A stretch of 64,000 nt of DNA from Candidatus Woesearchaeota archaeon (GCA_002688315.1 NZCN01000010.1:7756-71755), one strand, 5' to 3'. Counted from the stretch's first letter, positions 19,397 through 28,039 are shown. Numbers and translations: made by a program. Notes: a model not told the origin generated them from the letters alone.

Positions 19397-20287
19397 TTAT
19401 TCTGCTTTAACCTTCTGCCAGACGCTTACAAAGAAAGAGTAGTTTTCTGAAATCTTATCACGGGCTTGTTCTCTTGTCATAGTGCCAGCTGCATATTCAC
19501 TAAGCGCATCCTTGAATACAGTTCTTCCAACAGCAAAACCAACAGCATTATCCACTTTTGCGCCCATTCTCAGCCAATGCTCTGCTTTTTCTGCTGATTC
19601 TCCTCTTCCGAGTATTATTATGCCTGCTTCAGCATTTCCAGCTTTTACCTGGTCTCCAACTTTCTGCATCTTTTCAGTTGAATCAAGGCCTTCAAGCTTC
19701 CAAACATGAGGGTCAACTCCAGCATCCTGAATTTCCTTGATAGCTCTAACCATTAAATCAGGCCTTAGTTCCTGCTCATACTTATCCTTGTCATTGCCTG
19801 CCTGCTCCATCTGCCCGTCAGTAGCAGGAACAAGAAGCTCAAACAAGTATTTTTTCCCAATAGTCTTAAGATGATTACCTAGTTCAACAAGCCTTGCAGC
19901 CTGCCTTGCATTCATTTCTTTATCTTCTTCAGGATTATACCTAACAAGAACTTTAACATATGTAGGGTCTATTTCTTCTATTTGCTTTTTCCAGTCTTCC
20001 CTGTCAAAATCAAACTCATCCTGCCCGGATTTTTCAAGAGGAGTGCAAGTTATCAATCCTTTAGATTTAGCGTCTGTAAGAATTTCCTTTCCAAGCCATT
20101 CATCAACTAAAATGCCTGCTTTATCTTTTGGAACACCGCCTTCAATGGATTTTTGCAGTGCTTCATAAATTATTTTTTTATACTCTTTAGCTTTAGCAAC
20201 ATCCTCTTCAGTAGGAGGACTTGCAGCTGCAATTATCTTCATAAAACTGCCGCGATGGTCAAAAGGAAGAATGTAGAGTTCTGTCAT
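19397..20287 (-). CDS. DUF2090-like TIM-barrel protein, putative class I aldolase
   Basis: ILPFDHRGSF at the N-terminus and HVWKLEG (candidate Schiff-base Lys). From memory it resembles the IolC-associated DUF2090 / LacD-like aldolase fold. Confidence 0.55.
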   Translation of the reverse strand: MTELYILPFDHRGSFMKIIAAASPPTEEDVAKAKEYKKIIYEALQKSIEGGVPKDKAGILVDEWLGKEILTDAKSKGLITCTPLEKSGQDEFDFDREDWKKQIEEIDPTYVKVLVRYNPEEDKEMNARQAARLVELGNHLKTIGKKYLFELLVPATDGQMEQAGNDKDKYEQELRPDLMVRAIKEIQDAGVDPHVWKLEGLDSTEKMQKVGDQVKAGNAEAGIIILGRGESAEKAEHWLRMGAKVDNAVGFAVGRTVFKDALSEYAAGTMTREQARDKISENYSFFVSVWQKVKAE

Positions 20288-20409
20288 AAATAAGCAGAAA
20301 AATTTGAAATTTAAAAAGTTTGTTGTTGGGAAGAATATTACAAAATATTTTTTAATAATGATAAAAAATCATAATAGTGTTTATAAACAAAAGCATATAC
20401 GTGGTTTAT

Positions 20410-20667
20410 ATGTCAAAGAAGTTTTTGCTTGAACATGACAGGGCTGAGTGCATTGGATGTGGAGCTTGCGCTGCTGTCTGCCCTTTGTTTTGGGAAATGA
20501 ATGACGACGGAAAGTCAGACATTAAAGGCGGGAAAAACAGAGATGATGGATGGCAGGAACTTGAAATAGATGAAAAAGATTTTGAAGCAAATAAGCAGGC
20601 TGCTGAAAGCTGCCCTGTTAATGTAATACATCTTAAGAAAAAAGACAGCAATGAAAAGATTATTTAG
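20410..20667 (+). CDS. Small 4Fe-4S ferredoxin
   Basis: CIGCGACAAVCP plus the distal SCPVNVI, the spacing of a single-cluster archaeal Fd. The ATG at 20410 is preferred. Confidence 0.75.
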   Translation: MSKKFLLEHDRAECIGCGACAAVCPLFWEMNDDGKSDIKGGKNRDDGWQELEIDEKDFEANKQAAESCPVNVIHLKKKDSNEKII

Positions 20668-20670
20668 AAA

Positions 20671-21486
20671 ATGTTACGTTTTGGAACAGCGGGAATACCG
20701 CACAGTGCTAAAGGCCTTGGGACAGTAGAAGGAATTTCTGAAGTGCGCAAACTTGGCTTGGAAGCGTTTGAATTAGAATTTGTTCACAGTGTTAACATTT
20801 CAGAAGAAGGAACAGTTAAAGTAAGTGAAGTTGCTAAAAAGAATGATGTGGTTTTAACCTGCCATGGACAGTACTACATAAACCTTAATGCAGCTGAAGA
20901 AAAAAAGTATGAAGCAAGCAAGCAAAGAGTGCTAAGAGCTGCACACATAGCAAATTTATGCGGAGCAGTTAGTGTTACTTTCCATCCGGGGTTTTACCTA
21001 AAATCAAGCAAGGAATATGCTTACAGAAAAGTAAAAGAAGCGCTAAAAGAAATTGTTGATAAGCTTAAGCAAGAAAACAACAAGATATGGGTAAGACCAG
21101 AAACAACTGGAAAACACTCCCAGTTTGGAAACTTGAAAGAAATTCTGCAGCTTTCACAAGAACTTGAACAAGTACAACCGTGCATTGATTATGCGCATAT
21201 GAGAGCGCGTGAAGGTAAGAACAGCAAACAAGAATTTGCATCTATAATTGAAGAGATTGAGAAAGCGCTTGGAAGAAAAGCACTTGACAACATGCACATA
21301 CAATTTGCAGGGGTTAACTTCAGCGAGAAAGGCGAGCTAAACCACCTTACGTTGAAAGATTCGGACTTGAAATATGAAGAAATGGTTGAAACATGGAAAG
21401 ATTTCAACATAAAAGGAGTTGCTATAAGTGAAAGCCCTAACATAGAGGAAGATGCGTTATTTCTAAAGGAGATTTATGAAAAATGA
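20671..21486 (+). CDS. Xylose-isomerase-like TIM barrel / endonuclease IV (Nfo)-like protein
   Basis: FGTAGIP.., FHPGFY, RPETTGK and IDYAHM fit the metal-binding pattern of AP endonuclease family 2. Confidence 0.65.
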   Translation: MLRFGTAGIPHSAKGLGTVEGISEVRKLGLEAFELEFVHSVNISEEGTVKVSEVAKKNDVVLTCHGQYYINLNAAEEKKYEASKQRVLRAAHIANLCGAVSVTFHPGFYLKSSKEYAYRKVKEALKEIVDKLKQENNKIWVRPETTGKHSQFGNLKEILQLSQELEQVQPCIDYAHMRAREGKNSKQEFASIIEEIEKALGRKALDNMHIQFAGVNFSEKGELNHLTLKDSDLKYEEMVETWKDFNIKGVAISESPNIEEDALFLKEIYEK

Positions 21487-23699
21487 AATATGTAAAACCG
21501 ATTACAAGTCTATACGAGCACATAGTTAGCCTTGCTCAGAACAATCCTGAATCCATTGCATTGATAGGATGCGATGAGGAAGGCAAAGCAGAGCAACAAA
21601 TTAATTACGAGCAATTAAAGGAAAAGATTGGGCAAGCAGGCTCATGGCTAATTAAGCTTGGCTTAAAAGAAGGGGATGTGTTAGGACTGGCTATGTCTAA
21701 CTCTGTTGAACTTCTTATTGTCAGTTGGGCAGCGTGGAGCTTAGGAATAATAACAACTCCACTTGATTTGAAAAGAGATACTTTAGAACAGCACCAGTAC
21801 AAGCTGGAAATTTCAAAGGCAAAGTTACTTGCTGCTGGAAAAGGCATTGACAAAGAAAGCTTTAAAGTAAAAGTGGTTGAATTTGAACCTGAAGAATCTG
21901 GAAGTGTTGAGTGGAAAAAAGACATCTCTCATCAAGCACTTATACTTTTTACATCAGGAACTACTTCTAAACCAAAAGGAGCGCAGTTAAGCCTGGAAAA
22001 TTTAATTGCGAATGCTGACTGCATAAAGGACTGGTTTAAAATAACAGGTTCTGACAGGTTTTTGGTTAACCTTCCTTTGCATCACATAAACTCAACAAGT
22101 TTTTGCCTCGCTACATTGCTTGCAGAAGCCAGTATTGCAATACCGCCAAAATATTCCAATTCAAAATTTTGGCAACAGCTTGCAATGACTGAAGCTACAT
22201 TTACTTCAATAGTTCCCACTATTTGTTTCGACCAGCTTGATCGAGAAAAAGAATTTGAAAAGTTCAAGGATAAGCTTAATCTAAACAGAATTCAGGTAGG
22301 ATCAGCGCCTGTAGTGGTTAGTGATGTCAAAAAATTCATGCAGAAGTTTGGAATTCCTCTTTATCAGGGTTATGGGCAGACAGAAACTGCTTTGAGAGTG
22401 ACAGGAGTTCCTTTGGATTTAGACAAGAAAACATATGAGGAATTGGTTGACAGTAATTGTATTGGAAAAGCAATGAAATTTGCAGAAATTGAAATAATGG
22501 GTAATGATGGTAAAAGTTTAGATGAAGGTGAGGAAGGAGAACTGGTTATCAAAGGGCCTATAGTGATGAAAGGGTATCTGGGAAATATTGAAGCTTTTAG
22601 AAACGATTATTTTCTCACTGGAGACATTGGATATTATAAGATGATTAACGACGAGAAATATTATTTCCTTAAAGGCCGCTCTAAAGAAATAATAATCAAA
22701 GGCGGCATTAACATTTCACCAGTTGCTGTTGAGGATAAAGTGAAACAGCTTAACAAGAATATTCAGCAAGTATTTGTTGTTGGTGTTCCAGAAAGAAGGT
22801 ATGGAGAGGAGGTTGCGGCGGTAGTATGCCTGAAGGAAGGTGGAACTTTGACTGCGATAAAAAATGATATTATTCACACTAAAACGTTGTCAGAATATGA
22901 AAAGCCCAGGTATATTGTGGCAATGGACGCAGATAAAATCCCACTAACTTCAACAGGTAAAGTGCAACGATCAGTGCTTAAGAAAATGGATTTGCGCTAC
23001 GAGCCTATATATTGGCTTGGCTCAAGTAAAGAACATGTATTTATCATATTATCTAGCTACCAAACATACTTTGTTAAACAAGCGCTGGATCTATACAACT
23101 ACTGCTGGGATCCTTTAGTAATAAGTATGCCACTCTTCAGAAAGCATGTAGATAACGGTGTTGTAATAGCGGCCGTAGACAGAACCGATAAAGTTTGCGG
23201 TTTGATAACGTTCTTAAGAACACATCTAACTGAAGAACAGCTTTCGGAGGTTACTTATGATGATTTAACTGGAAAGCAGACATTAGAAACGAACGATAGT
23301 GAAGGAAAAGTGATTGTTTGTACGTCCATCTGCAGCGATAATTACAAATCAGAACCTGTTCCTGAAGCTGGTAATGCTGAAATAGATAAAGCGAAAGAAT
23401 ATCTTGAACAAGATCCTGTTTACAAATTCCACGAAAAAGCAAAAGGTGGAATGAAGGAAGGAGCTAAGCTAATTAAACTGCTACCTGGTGCCAGACCAGA
23501 AGATAAAAGAGCTGCTGGCTACAACATGCTAATGAAATATCCTGAAATAAAAGATGATGTGAAGGTAAATTTTAGCGGCAGTAGTAGTGTTGCTACTCAA
23601 TTGATAGAAGCTGTTATGATGTTTTCTCAGCAATTGAGTATAAAAGATGTTTATGTTTTCTCAAGGCCTATCGAAATGGCAAAACATTTCAGTAAATAA
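21483..23699 (+). CDS. AMP-forming adenylating enzyme (ANL superfamily) fused to an uncharacterised C-terminal region of about 230 aa
   Basis: FTSGTTSKPKGAQLS (A3), GYGQTET (A5), GDIGY (A7), KGRSKEIIIKGGINISP (A8) and GKVQRSVLKK (A10). Residues from about 510 to 738 carry no motif I recognise. Confidence 0.8.
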   Translation: MKYVKPITSLYEHIVSLAQNNPESIALIGCDEEGKAEQQINYEQLKEKIGQAGSWLIKLGLKEGDVLGLAMSNSVELLIVSWAAWSLGIITTPLDLKRDTLEQHQYKLEISKAKLLAAGKGIDKESFKVKVVEFEPEESGSVEWKKDISHQALILFTSGTTSKPKGAQLSLENLIANADCIKDWFKITGSDRFLVNLPLHHINSTSFCLATLLAEASIAIPPKYSNSKFWQQLAMTEATFTSIVPTICFDQLDREKEFEKFKDKLNLNRIQVGSAPVVVSDVKKFMQKFGIPLYQGYGQTETALRVTGVPLDLDKKTYEELVDSNCIGKAMKFAEIEIMGNDGKSLDEGEEGELVIKGPIVMKGYLGNIEAFRNDYFLTGDIGYYKMINDEKYYFLKGRSKEIIIKGGINISPVAVEDKVKQLNKNIQQVFVVGVPERRYGEEVAAVVCLKEGGTLTAIKNDIIHTKTLSEYEKPRYIVAMDADKIPLTSTGKVQRSVLKKMDLRYEPIYWLGSSKEHVFIILSSYQTYFVKQALDLYNYCWDPLVISMPLFRKHVDNGVVIAAVDRTDKVCGLITFLRTHLTEEQLSEVTYDDLTGKQTLETNDSEGKVIVCTSICSDNYKSEPVPEAGNAEIDKAKEYLEQDPVYKFHEKAKGGMKEGAKLIKLLPGARPEDKRAAGYNMLMKYPEIKDDVKVNFSGSSSVATQLIEAVMMFSQQLSIKDVYVFSRPIEMAKHFSK

Positions 23700-23762
23700 T
23701 CAAAAGTTTTATTGACAATTAGGAAAGAATCTATGAATCCTATATTTTTCACAAGCAAAATG

Positions 23763-23770
23763 TTTAAATA
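23763..23770 (+). promoter_or_regulatory. Archaeal TATA box candidate for the nrdJ operon
   Basis: A TTTAAATA octamer in an AT-rich spacer. The TSS would be expected about 26 nt downstream, near 23793. Confidence 0.5.
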
Positions 23771-23787
23771 CTTGATAGTCCAATGAA

Positions 23788-23835
23788 ACACAAGATATTG
23801 GGTTCTAGAGGGAGAGAAGCCACAACCGGTTGTAT
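23788..23835 (+). promoter_or_regulatory. Two NrdR-box-like palindromes (23788-23803 and 23820-23835)
   Basis: Box 1 is ACACAAGATATTGGGT, 14/16 matches to the NrdR-box consensus as I remember it (acaCwAtATaTwGtgt). Box 2 is CCACAACCGGTTGTAT and contains the perfect 12-bp palindrome ACAACCGGTTGT. The centres are 32 bp apart. Confidence 0.55.
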
Positions 23836-23845
23836 TGACTCAAAG

Positions 23846-26713
23846 GTGAAGAAAATAGTAGGTAAACAGAAAAATGAAGTGAGAAAGATAATAAAAAGAG
23901 ATGGTTCTATAGTTGATTTTTATCATGAAAAGATAACAAATGCTATCTTCAAAGCAGCTGCCTTTGTCGGAGGAGATGACAGAAAAACTGCTGAAAAACT
24001 TTCTAAAAAGGTCGTAGACATAATCGACAAGCGTTTCACTGAGAAAATTCCTAGTGTTGAAGATGTTCAGAACGTAGTTGAAGAGGTTTTAATAAAGGAT
24101 GGGCATGCTAAAACTGCAAAAGCATTCATTCTACACAGGGCAAAGCGCGCTGAGTTAAGAGCTGCAGCAGCAGAATCAGCCAAAAGCAAGGACGATGAGA
24201 AGACAGCGCTTCTTCACATGTTCGCACACAAGAGCAAGCTTGCTTCATTGATAGGCTATGACCGCCTTGAGGCATATAAAAAACTGCTTTTCCATATTAA
24301 AACGCTTCAGAAGTCAGGAAAGCTTCCTGTGAACAAAAACTATCTTAACAGCAATGAGCTGGCACTAAATATTTACGAAAAAAAGTATTATCTAAAAGAC
24401 TTAAATAATGACAGAATTGAAAAGAAGCCTGAAGATGTTTTTGCCAGGCTTGCAAGTTTTATAGCCGCTGTAGAAACAGACGAAGAAAAACAAAGAGAGT
24501 GGGCTGAAAAATACTATTTAAGCTTATACAACGGGCAATTTTTGCCTGGCGGAAGAGTAATAGCTGGCGGCGGTGATTTGTACAGGCTAAAAACAATGGC
24601 TAATTGCTTTGTTTCAAGAATAGATGAAGATAACATAGAATCTATTTACAAATCTGCTTATGAATGCGCAAGAACATACTCTTACGGAGGAGGAATAGGA
24701 GTTGATATTTCTGTTTTGAGACCAAAAGATTCAATCGTCCACAATGCTGCAGATGCTTCAACAGGCTCGGTTTCTTTTATGGAGATATTTTCCCTTACAA
24801 CAGGATTAATAGGCCAGTCAGGAAGAAGGGGAGCATTAATGCTAACAATTGACATAAAACATCCTGATAGCCCGCTGTTTATCAATGTCAAAAATATTCC
24901 AAACTGGGTTACAAACCAAATTGTGGAGCAATGCAAATGGACAGGCGACTTTACAGAAGACCAACTTAAAGTAATCCAGCAGCAAGTTCGGGAAAACACA
25001 CAGGTTAGATTTGCAAACATAAGCATCAAAGTTTCAGATGAATTCATGCAGGCTGTTGAAGAGCAGAATAATCACCAGGGTAAAATTTTGGTTTACAGAA
25101 AAGACCGAGAAGTTTCTGGTTTAGGAATTGCCCAAGCAGGCTCTATCCATTATTCATACGGAATACCTTCAAAGCCAATTGAACGCTATCAATTACTTGA
25201 AAAGTTTGACAATATTGATAAGCTTAACTCTTTCCTTGAGAAGAATGATGCTGGAAAAATAACCGAAGAGGAGCTTTCTGACGCTAATTCAAGAGATATG
25301 TTTGGAGACTTGATTGTAAAGAGCCAAGTTAGCGAGTATGATTTTGCAATAAAGAAAGCTGGGGATTTTATGCTGTACTTTAATTCTCCTCAAACTGCAG
25401 AAATAAAGAGGCTTGTGAAGGCAAGAGAAATTTGGAATTCGTTTGTTGAAGGCAATTACAAAACAGCTGAGCCTGGATTGATCTTCTGGAGCACAATGAC
25501 AAAATATTCGCCATCGAATTATGTTGGCATGCCTATTCTGAGCACTAACCCGTGCGGAGAAGTGCCTCTTGAGGATGGCGGAGCATGTAATTTAGCATCA
25601 CTAAACCTCTCGAGATTTGTTGTAGACGGCTACACTAAGGAAGCTAAGATTGACTGGATTGCGTTAAGAGAAGCTACGACATCAGTTATAAGATTCTTAG
25701 ATAATGTTGTCATATGGAATGAGCTTCTCAATCCACTGGAAAAGCAAAGAAAAGCTGCAATGGAAAGCAGACGTCTTGGCTTAGGTGTTATGGGAATAGC
25801 AGATATGCTAAACCAGCTTGGATTAGGTTATGACAGTGATAAAGGTATTGAAATCCTTGAAGAAGTTGGAAGAGTAATTGCTAACACGGCTTACATGGCT
25901 TCTGCTGGGATTGCTGAGGAAAAAGGCCCGTCAACCATATTTGATTATGAAGCATACAGCAAAGGAGCTTTCTTTATGGAAGCTTTAGATGCAGATACTA
26001 GATCAACAATAAGAAGTAAGGGACTAAGAAACATAGCAATACTTTCAATAGCTCCGACAGGAACAATTTCCAGCATTGTTTTAGGCTATAACATAGGAGA
26101 AAAGAATTTCATTGGAGTAAGCGGCGGTATAGAACCAATATTTGCGCTTTATTATACAAGACGCTCTGAATCATTTGGAAATAAACTGTTTAGAATTTTC
26201 CATTCAACTGTTAATGCGTACTTACAACAAACAGGCCTCGCAGAAAAAGCACAAAAATGCAAAACAACTGAAGAGCTTGAAGCAGTTCTTCCAAAACATT
26301 TCTTTAGAACAGCCCACGTAATAGATCATGAAAAACGAGTTAAGATACAAGGGTTATGGCAAAAATACATCGACCACAGCATTTCCTCAACAATAAACCT
26401 TCCAGAAGACGTACAGCCTGAAGTAATATCAAATGTGTATTTGGATGCATGGAAGAATGGAGTTAAGGGCGTAACAATCTACCGCGCTGGTTCCCGCTAT
26501 CCAATCCTAAGCTCTGAAACTGAAAAAACAGAATTCCAAAGATACAAAGATAAGACATTTGAAACAACCATTGATGATAAAAAAGTCCAGGTTAAAGGCG
26601 GGGATGTTATTACACTCCCTGACGGAAAGCTTACAACAGTCTATCACGCAATGAAAGAAAAAAAGATAGTTGTGAAAAGAGAACTAGAAAAAACAATTGA
26701 AAAACAGAGGTGA
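23846..26713 (+). CDS. nrdJ: Class II (adenosylcobalamin-dependent) ribonucleotide reductase NrdJ with N-terminal ATP-cone
   Basis: ATP-cone (IIKRDGSIVDFYHEKI). The RNR core includes NCFV, GGGIGVDIS.LRP, LSTNPCGEVPL, and TINLP..GVKGVTIYR. The start is uncertain. The track ATG at 23783 lies upstream of the predicted TSS, so the in-frame GTG at 23846 or 23879 is more likely. Confidence 0.9.
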   Translation: MKKIVGKQKNEVRKIIKRDGSIVDFYHEKITNAIFKAAAFVGGDDRKTAEKLSKKVVDIIDKRFTEKIPSVEDVQNVVEEVLIKDGHAKTAKAFILHRAKRAELRAAAAESAKSKDDEKTALLHMFAHKSKLASLIGYDRLEAYKKLLFHIKTLQKSGKLPVNKNYLNSNELALNIYEKKYYLKDLNNDRIEKKPEDVFARLASFIAAVETDEEKQREWAEKYYLSLYNGQFLPGGRVIAGGGDLYRLKTMANCFVSRIDEDNIESIYKSAYECARTYSYGGGIGVDISVLRPKDSIVHNAADASTGSVSFMEIFSLTTGLIGQSGRRGALMLTIDIKHPDSPLFINVKNIPNWVTNQIVEQCKWTGDFTEDQLKVIQQQVRENTQVRFANISIKVSDEFMQAVEEQNNHQGKILVYRKDREVSGLGIAQAGSIHYSYGIPSKPIERYQLLEKFDNIDKLNSFLEKNDAGKITEEELSDANSRDMFGDLIVKSQVSEYDFAIKKAGDFMLYFNSPQTAEIKRLVKAREIWNSFVEGNYKTAEPGLIFWSTMTKYSPSNYVGMPILSTNPCGEVPLEDGGACNLASLNLSRFVVDGYTKEAKIDWIALREATTSVIRFLDNVVIWNELLNPLEKQRKAAMESRRLGLGVMGIADMLNQLGLGYDSDKGIEILEEVGRVIANTAYMASAGIAEEKGPSTIFDYEAYSKGAFFMEALDADTRSTIRSKGLRNIAILSIAPTGTISSIVLGYNIGEKNFIGVSGGIEPIFALYYTRRSESFGNKLFRIFHSTVNAYLQQTGLAEKAQKCKTTEELEAVLPKHFFRTAHVIDHEKRVKIQGLWQKYIDHSISSTINLPEDVQPEVISNVYLDAWKNGVKGVTIYRAGSRYPILSSETEKTEFQRYKDKTFETTIDDKKVQVKGGDVITLPDGKLTTVYHAMKEKKIVVKRELEKTIEKQR

Positions 26714-26717
26714 GTAG

Positions 26718-26852
26718 ATGACTGAAGATATTATGGCAGAAAATATGCAGTTAGTGCAGTGCCCTTCATGCAGCCAGAACACACTTAAGATGGATAACGG
26801 ATGCCATTCCTGCTTAAATGAAGAATGCGGATTTAGTAAATGTGATGTATAA
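26718..26852 (+). CDS. Cys-rich zinc-finger mini-protein (44 aa) resembling the C-terminal tail of class II RNRs
   Basis: MTEDIMAENMQLVQCPSCSQNTLKMDNGCHSCLNEECGFSKCDV. It begins 5 nt after the nrdJ stop in the +1 frame. Its stop overlaps the next ATG (taATG). Confidence 0.5.
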   Translation: MTEDIMAENMQLVQCPSCSQNTLKMDNGCHSCLNEECGFSKCDV

Positions 26853-27385
26853 TGAGATGCTATACAAGAATAGGGGATAAAAGAAAAACACACCTTTTCG
26901 GGTGTAAATTATACAAGTACAGTGAGCGAGTTGAAGCTATAGGAACAATTGACGAGCTAAATGCTTTCCTTGGAGCAGCTGCCTCATTTTCACCACACAA
27001 AATTTCCAAAAAAATAATCCATGAGATAGAAAATAATCTTTTCAGCATAGGAGCAGAACTTGCCATACCAAAATCAGTTAAGATAAAAGCAAAACATGTA
27101 GAACGGCTGGAAGTGCTTGTTGAAAAAATTGATGAGAAGCTTCCTCAACAAACCAAATTTGTAATACCCGCAGGAACTCAGGCTGCCATGATGCTGAATG
27201 TTGCAAGAACTGTAGCAAGACGCGCTGAACGTGCAATGGTCAAGCTCAGCAGCACAAGCAAAGTAAATCCTGAAATGCTGAAATATATGAATCGGTTATC
27301 TTCATTGCTTTACGTTTTATTGAGATTTGAAAATTATAAGAATAACATTGTAGAAAAAAATCCAGTTTACAACCAGATAAGATGA
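26852..27385 (+). CDS. pduO: ATP:cob(I)alamin adenosyltransferase, PduO/MMAB type
   Basis: YTRIGDKRKTHLFG....RVEAIGTIDELNAFLG, followed by the ...FVIPAG... pattern. Confidence 0.85.
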   Translation: MRCYTRIGDKRKTHLFGCKLYKYSERVEAIGTIDELNAFLGAAASFSPHKISKKIIHEIENNLFSIGAELAIPKSVKIKAKHVERLEVLVEKIDEKLPQQTKFVIPAGTQAAMMLNVARTVARRAERAMVKLSSTSKVNPEMLKYMNRLSSLLYVLLRFENYKNNIVEKNPVYNQIR

Positions 27386-27834
27386 AATGCGCCTATTGCG
27401 AGTCAAGAGAAACAAAAGTAATGGATAAGCGAGAGCCTCAAGATGCTTCTGTGACAAGACGCAGGCGCGAGTGCCTACGCTGCAAGAAACGATTTACTAC
27501 ATATGAAAGAGTTGAAGAGTTTGAGCTAACTATTGTGAAAAAAAATGAAGCTCGCGAACAATTTAACCGGGAAAAGCTGAAAAGCGGTGTTGTGAAAGCC
27601 TGTGAAAAACTTCCTATTTCTGTTGAAGAAGTCGATACAGTAATTGATTCAATTGAAGCCGAATTACGCAGACTTAATGAAAAAGAAGTTTCCAGCAAGC
27701 AAATTGGCTCTTTAGTAATGAAAAAACTGAAAAAACTCAATAAGATTGCGTACATAAGATTCGCAGCAGTCTACCACGAGTTTGAAGACATAGAAAGCTT
27801 TGAAAAAGAGATAAAAAAGCTGGTGAAGAGGTAA
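27382..27834 (+). CDS. nrdR: Transcriptional repressor NrdR (zinc ribbon plus ATP-cone)
   Basis: MKCAYCES..TKVMDKRE......RRRRECLRCKKRFTTYERVE is a near-canonical NrdR N-terminus. An ATP-cone follows. ATGA overlap with pduO. Confidence 0.92.
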   Translation: MKCAYCESRETKVMDKREPQDASVTRRRRECLRCKKRFTTYERVEEFELTIVKKNEAREQFNREKLKSGVVKACEKLPISVEEVDTVIDSIEAELRRLNEKEVSSKQIGSLVMKKLKKLNKIAYIRFAAVYHEFEDIESFEKEIKKLVKR

Positions 27835-27837
27835 ATA

Positions 27838-27975
27838 GTGAAGCTAAGTAAAAAAATCATGATAGGCGCAATCATGATAGGCGCAATTATTATTATTTTT
27901 CTTGCAATAGTAGTATGGCTGGCAGTTACTGGTTCTTGGCCTGTGCCTAAAGCCAATTACCCACCGATACGTTAA
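27838..27975 (+). CDS. Tiny single-TM hypothetical protein (38-45 aa)
   Basis: (V)KLSKKIMIGAIMIGAIIIIFLAIVVWLAVTGSWPVPKANYPPIR. GTG at 27838 or ATG at 27859. It contains a 15-bp in-frame tandem duplication. Confidence 0.35.
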   Translation: MKLSKKIMIGAIMIGAIIIIFLAIVVWLAVTGSWPVPKANYPPIR

Positions 27976-28039
27976 ACTCATTTTAATAGAAGTTATAACC
28001 GCAACAAACTTTAAAAACTCCTCCAAAATTCTTTCTTTT

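Noticed and set aside
23783-23850. Possible cobalamin riboswitch in the nrdJ leader (gggagagaagccacaaccgg resembles part of a B12-box).
   Set aside because: The stretch is too short and lacks the rest of the conserved B12-element core and its helices. The sequence is better explained as NrdR box 2 (palindrome ACAACCGGTTGT). Regulating an AdoCbl-dependent RNR by a B12 off-switch would also make little sense.
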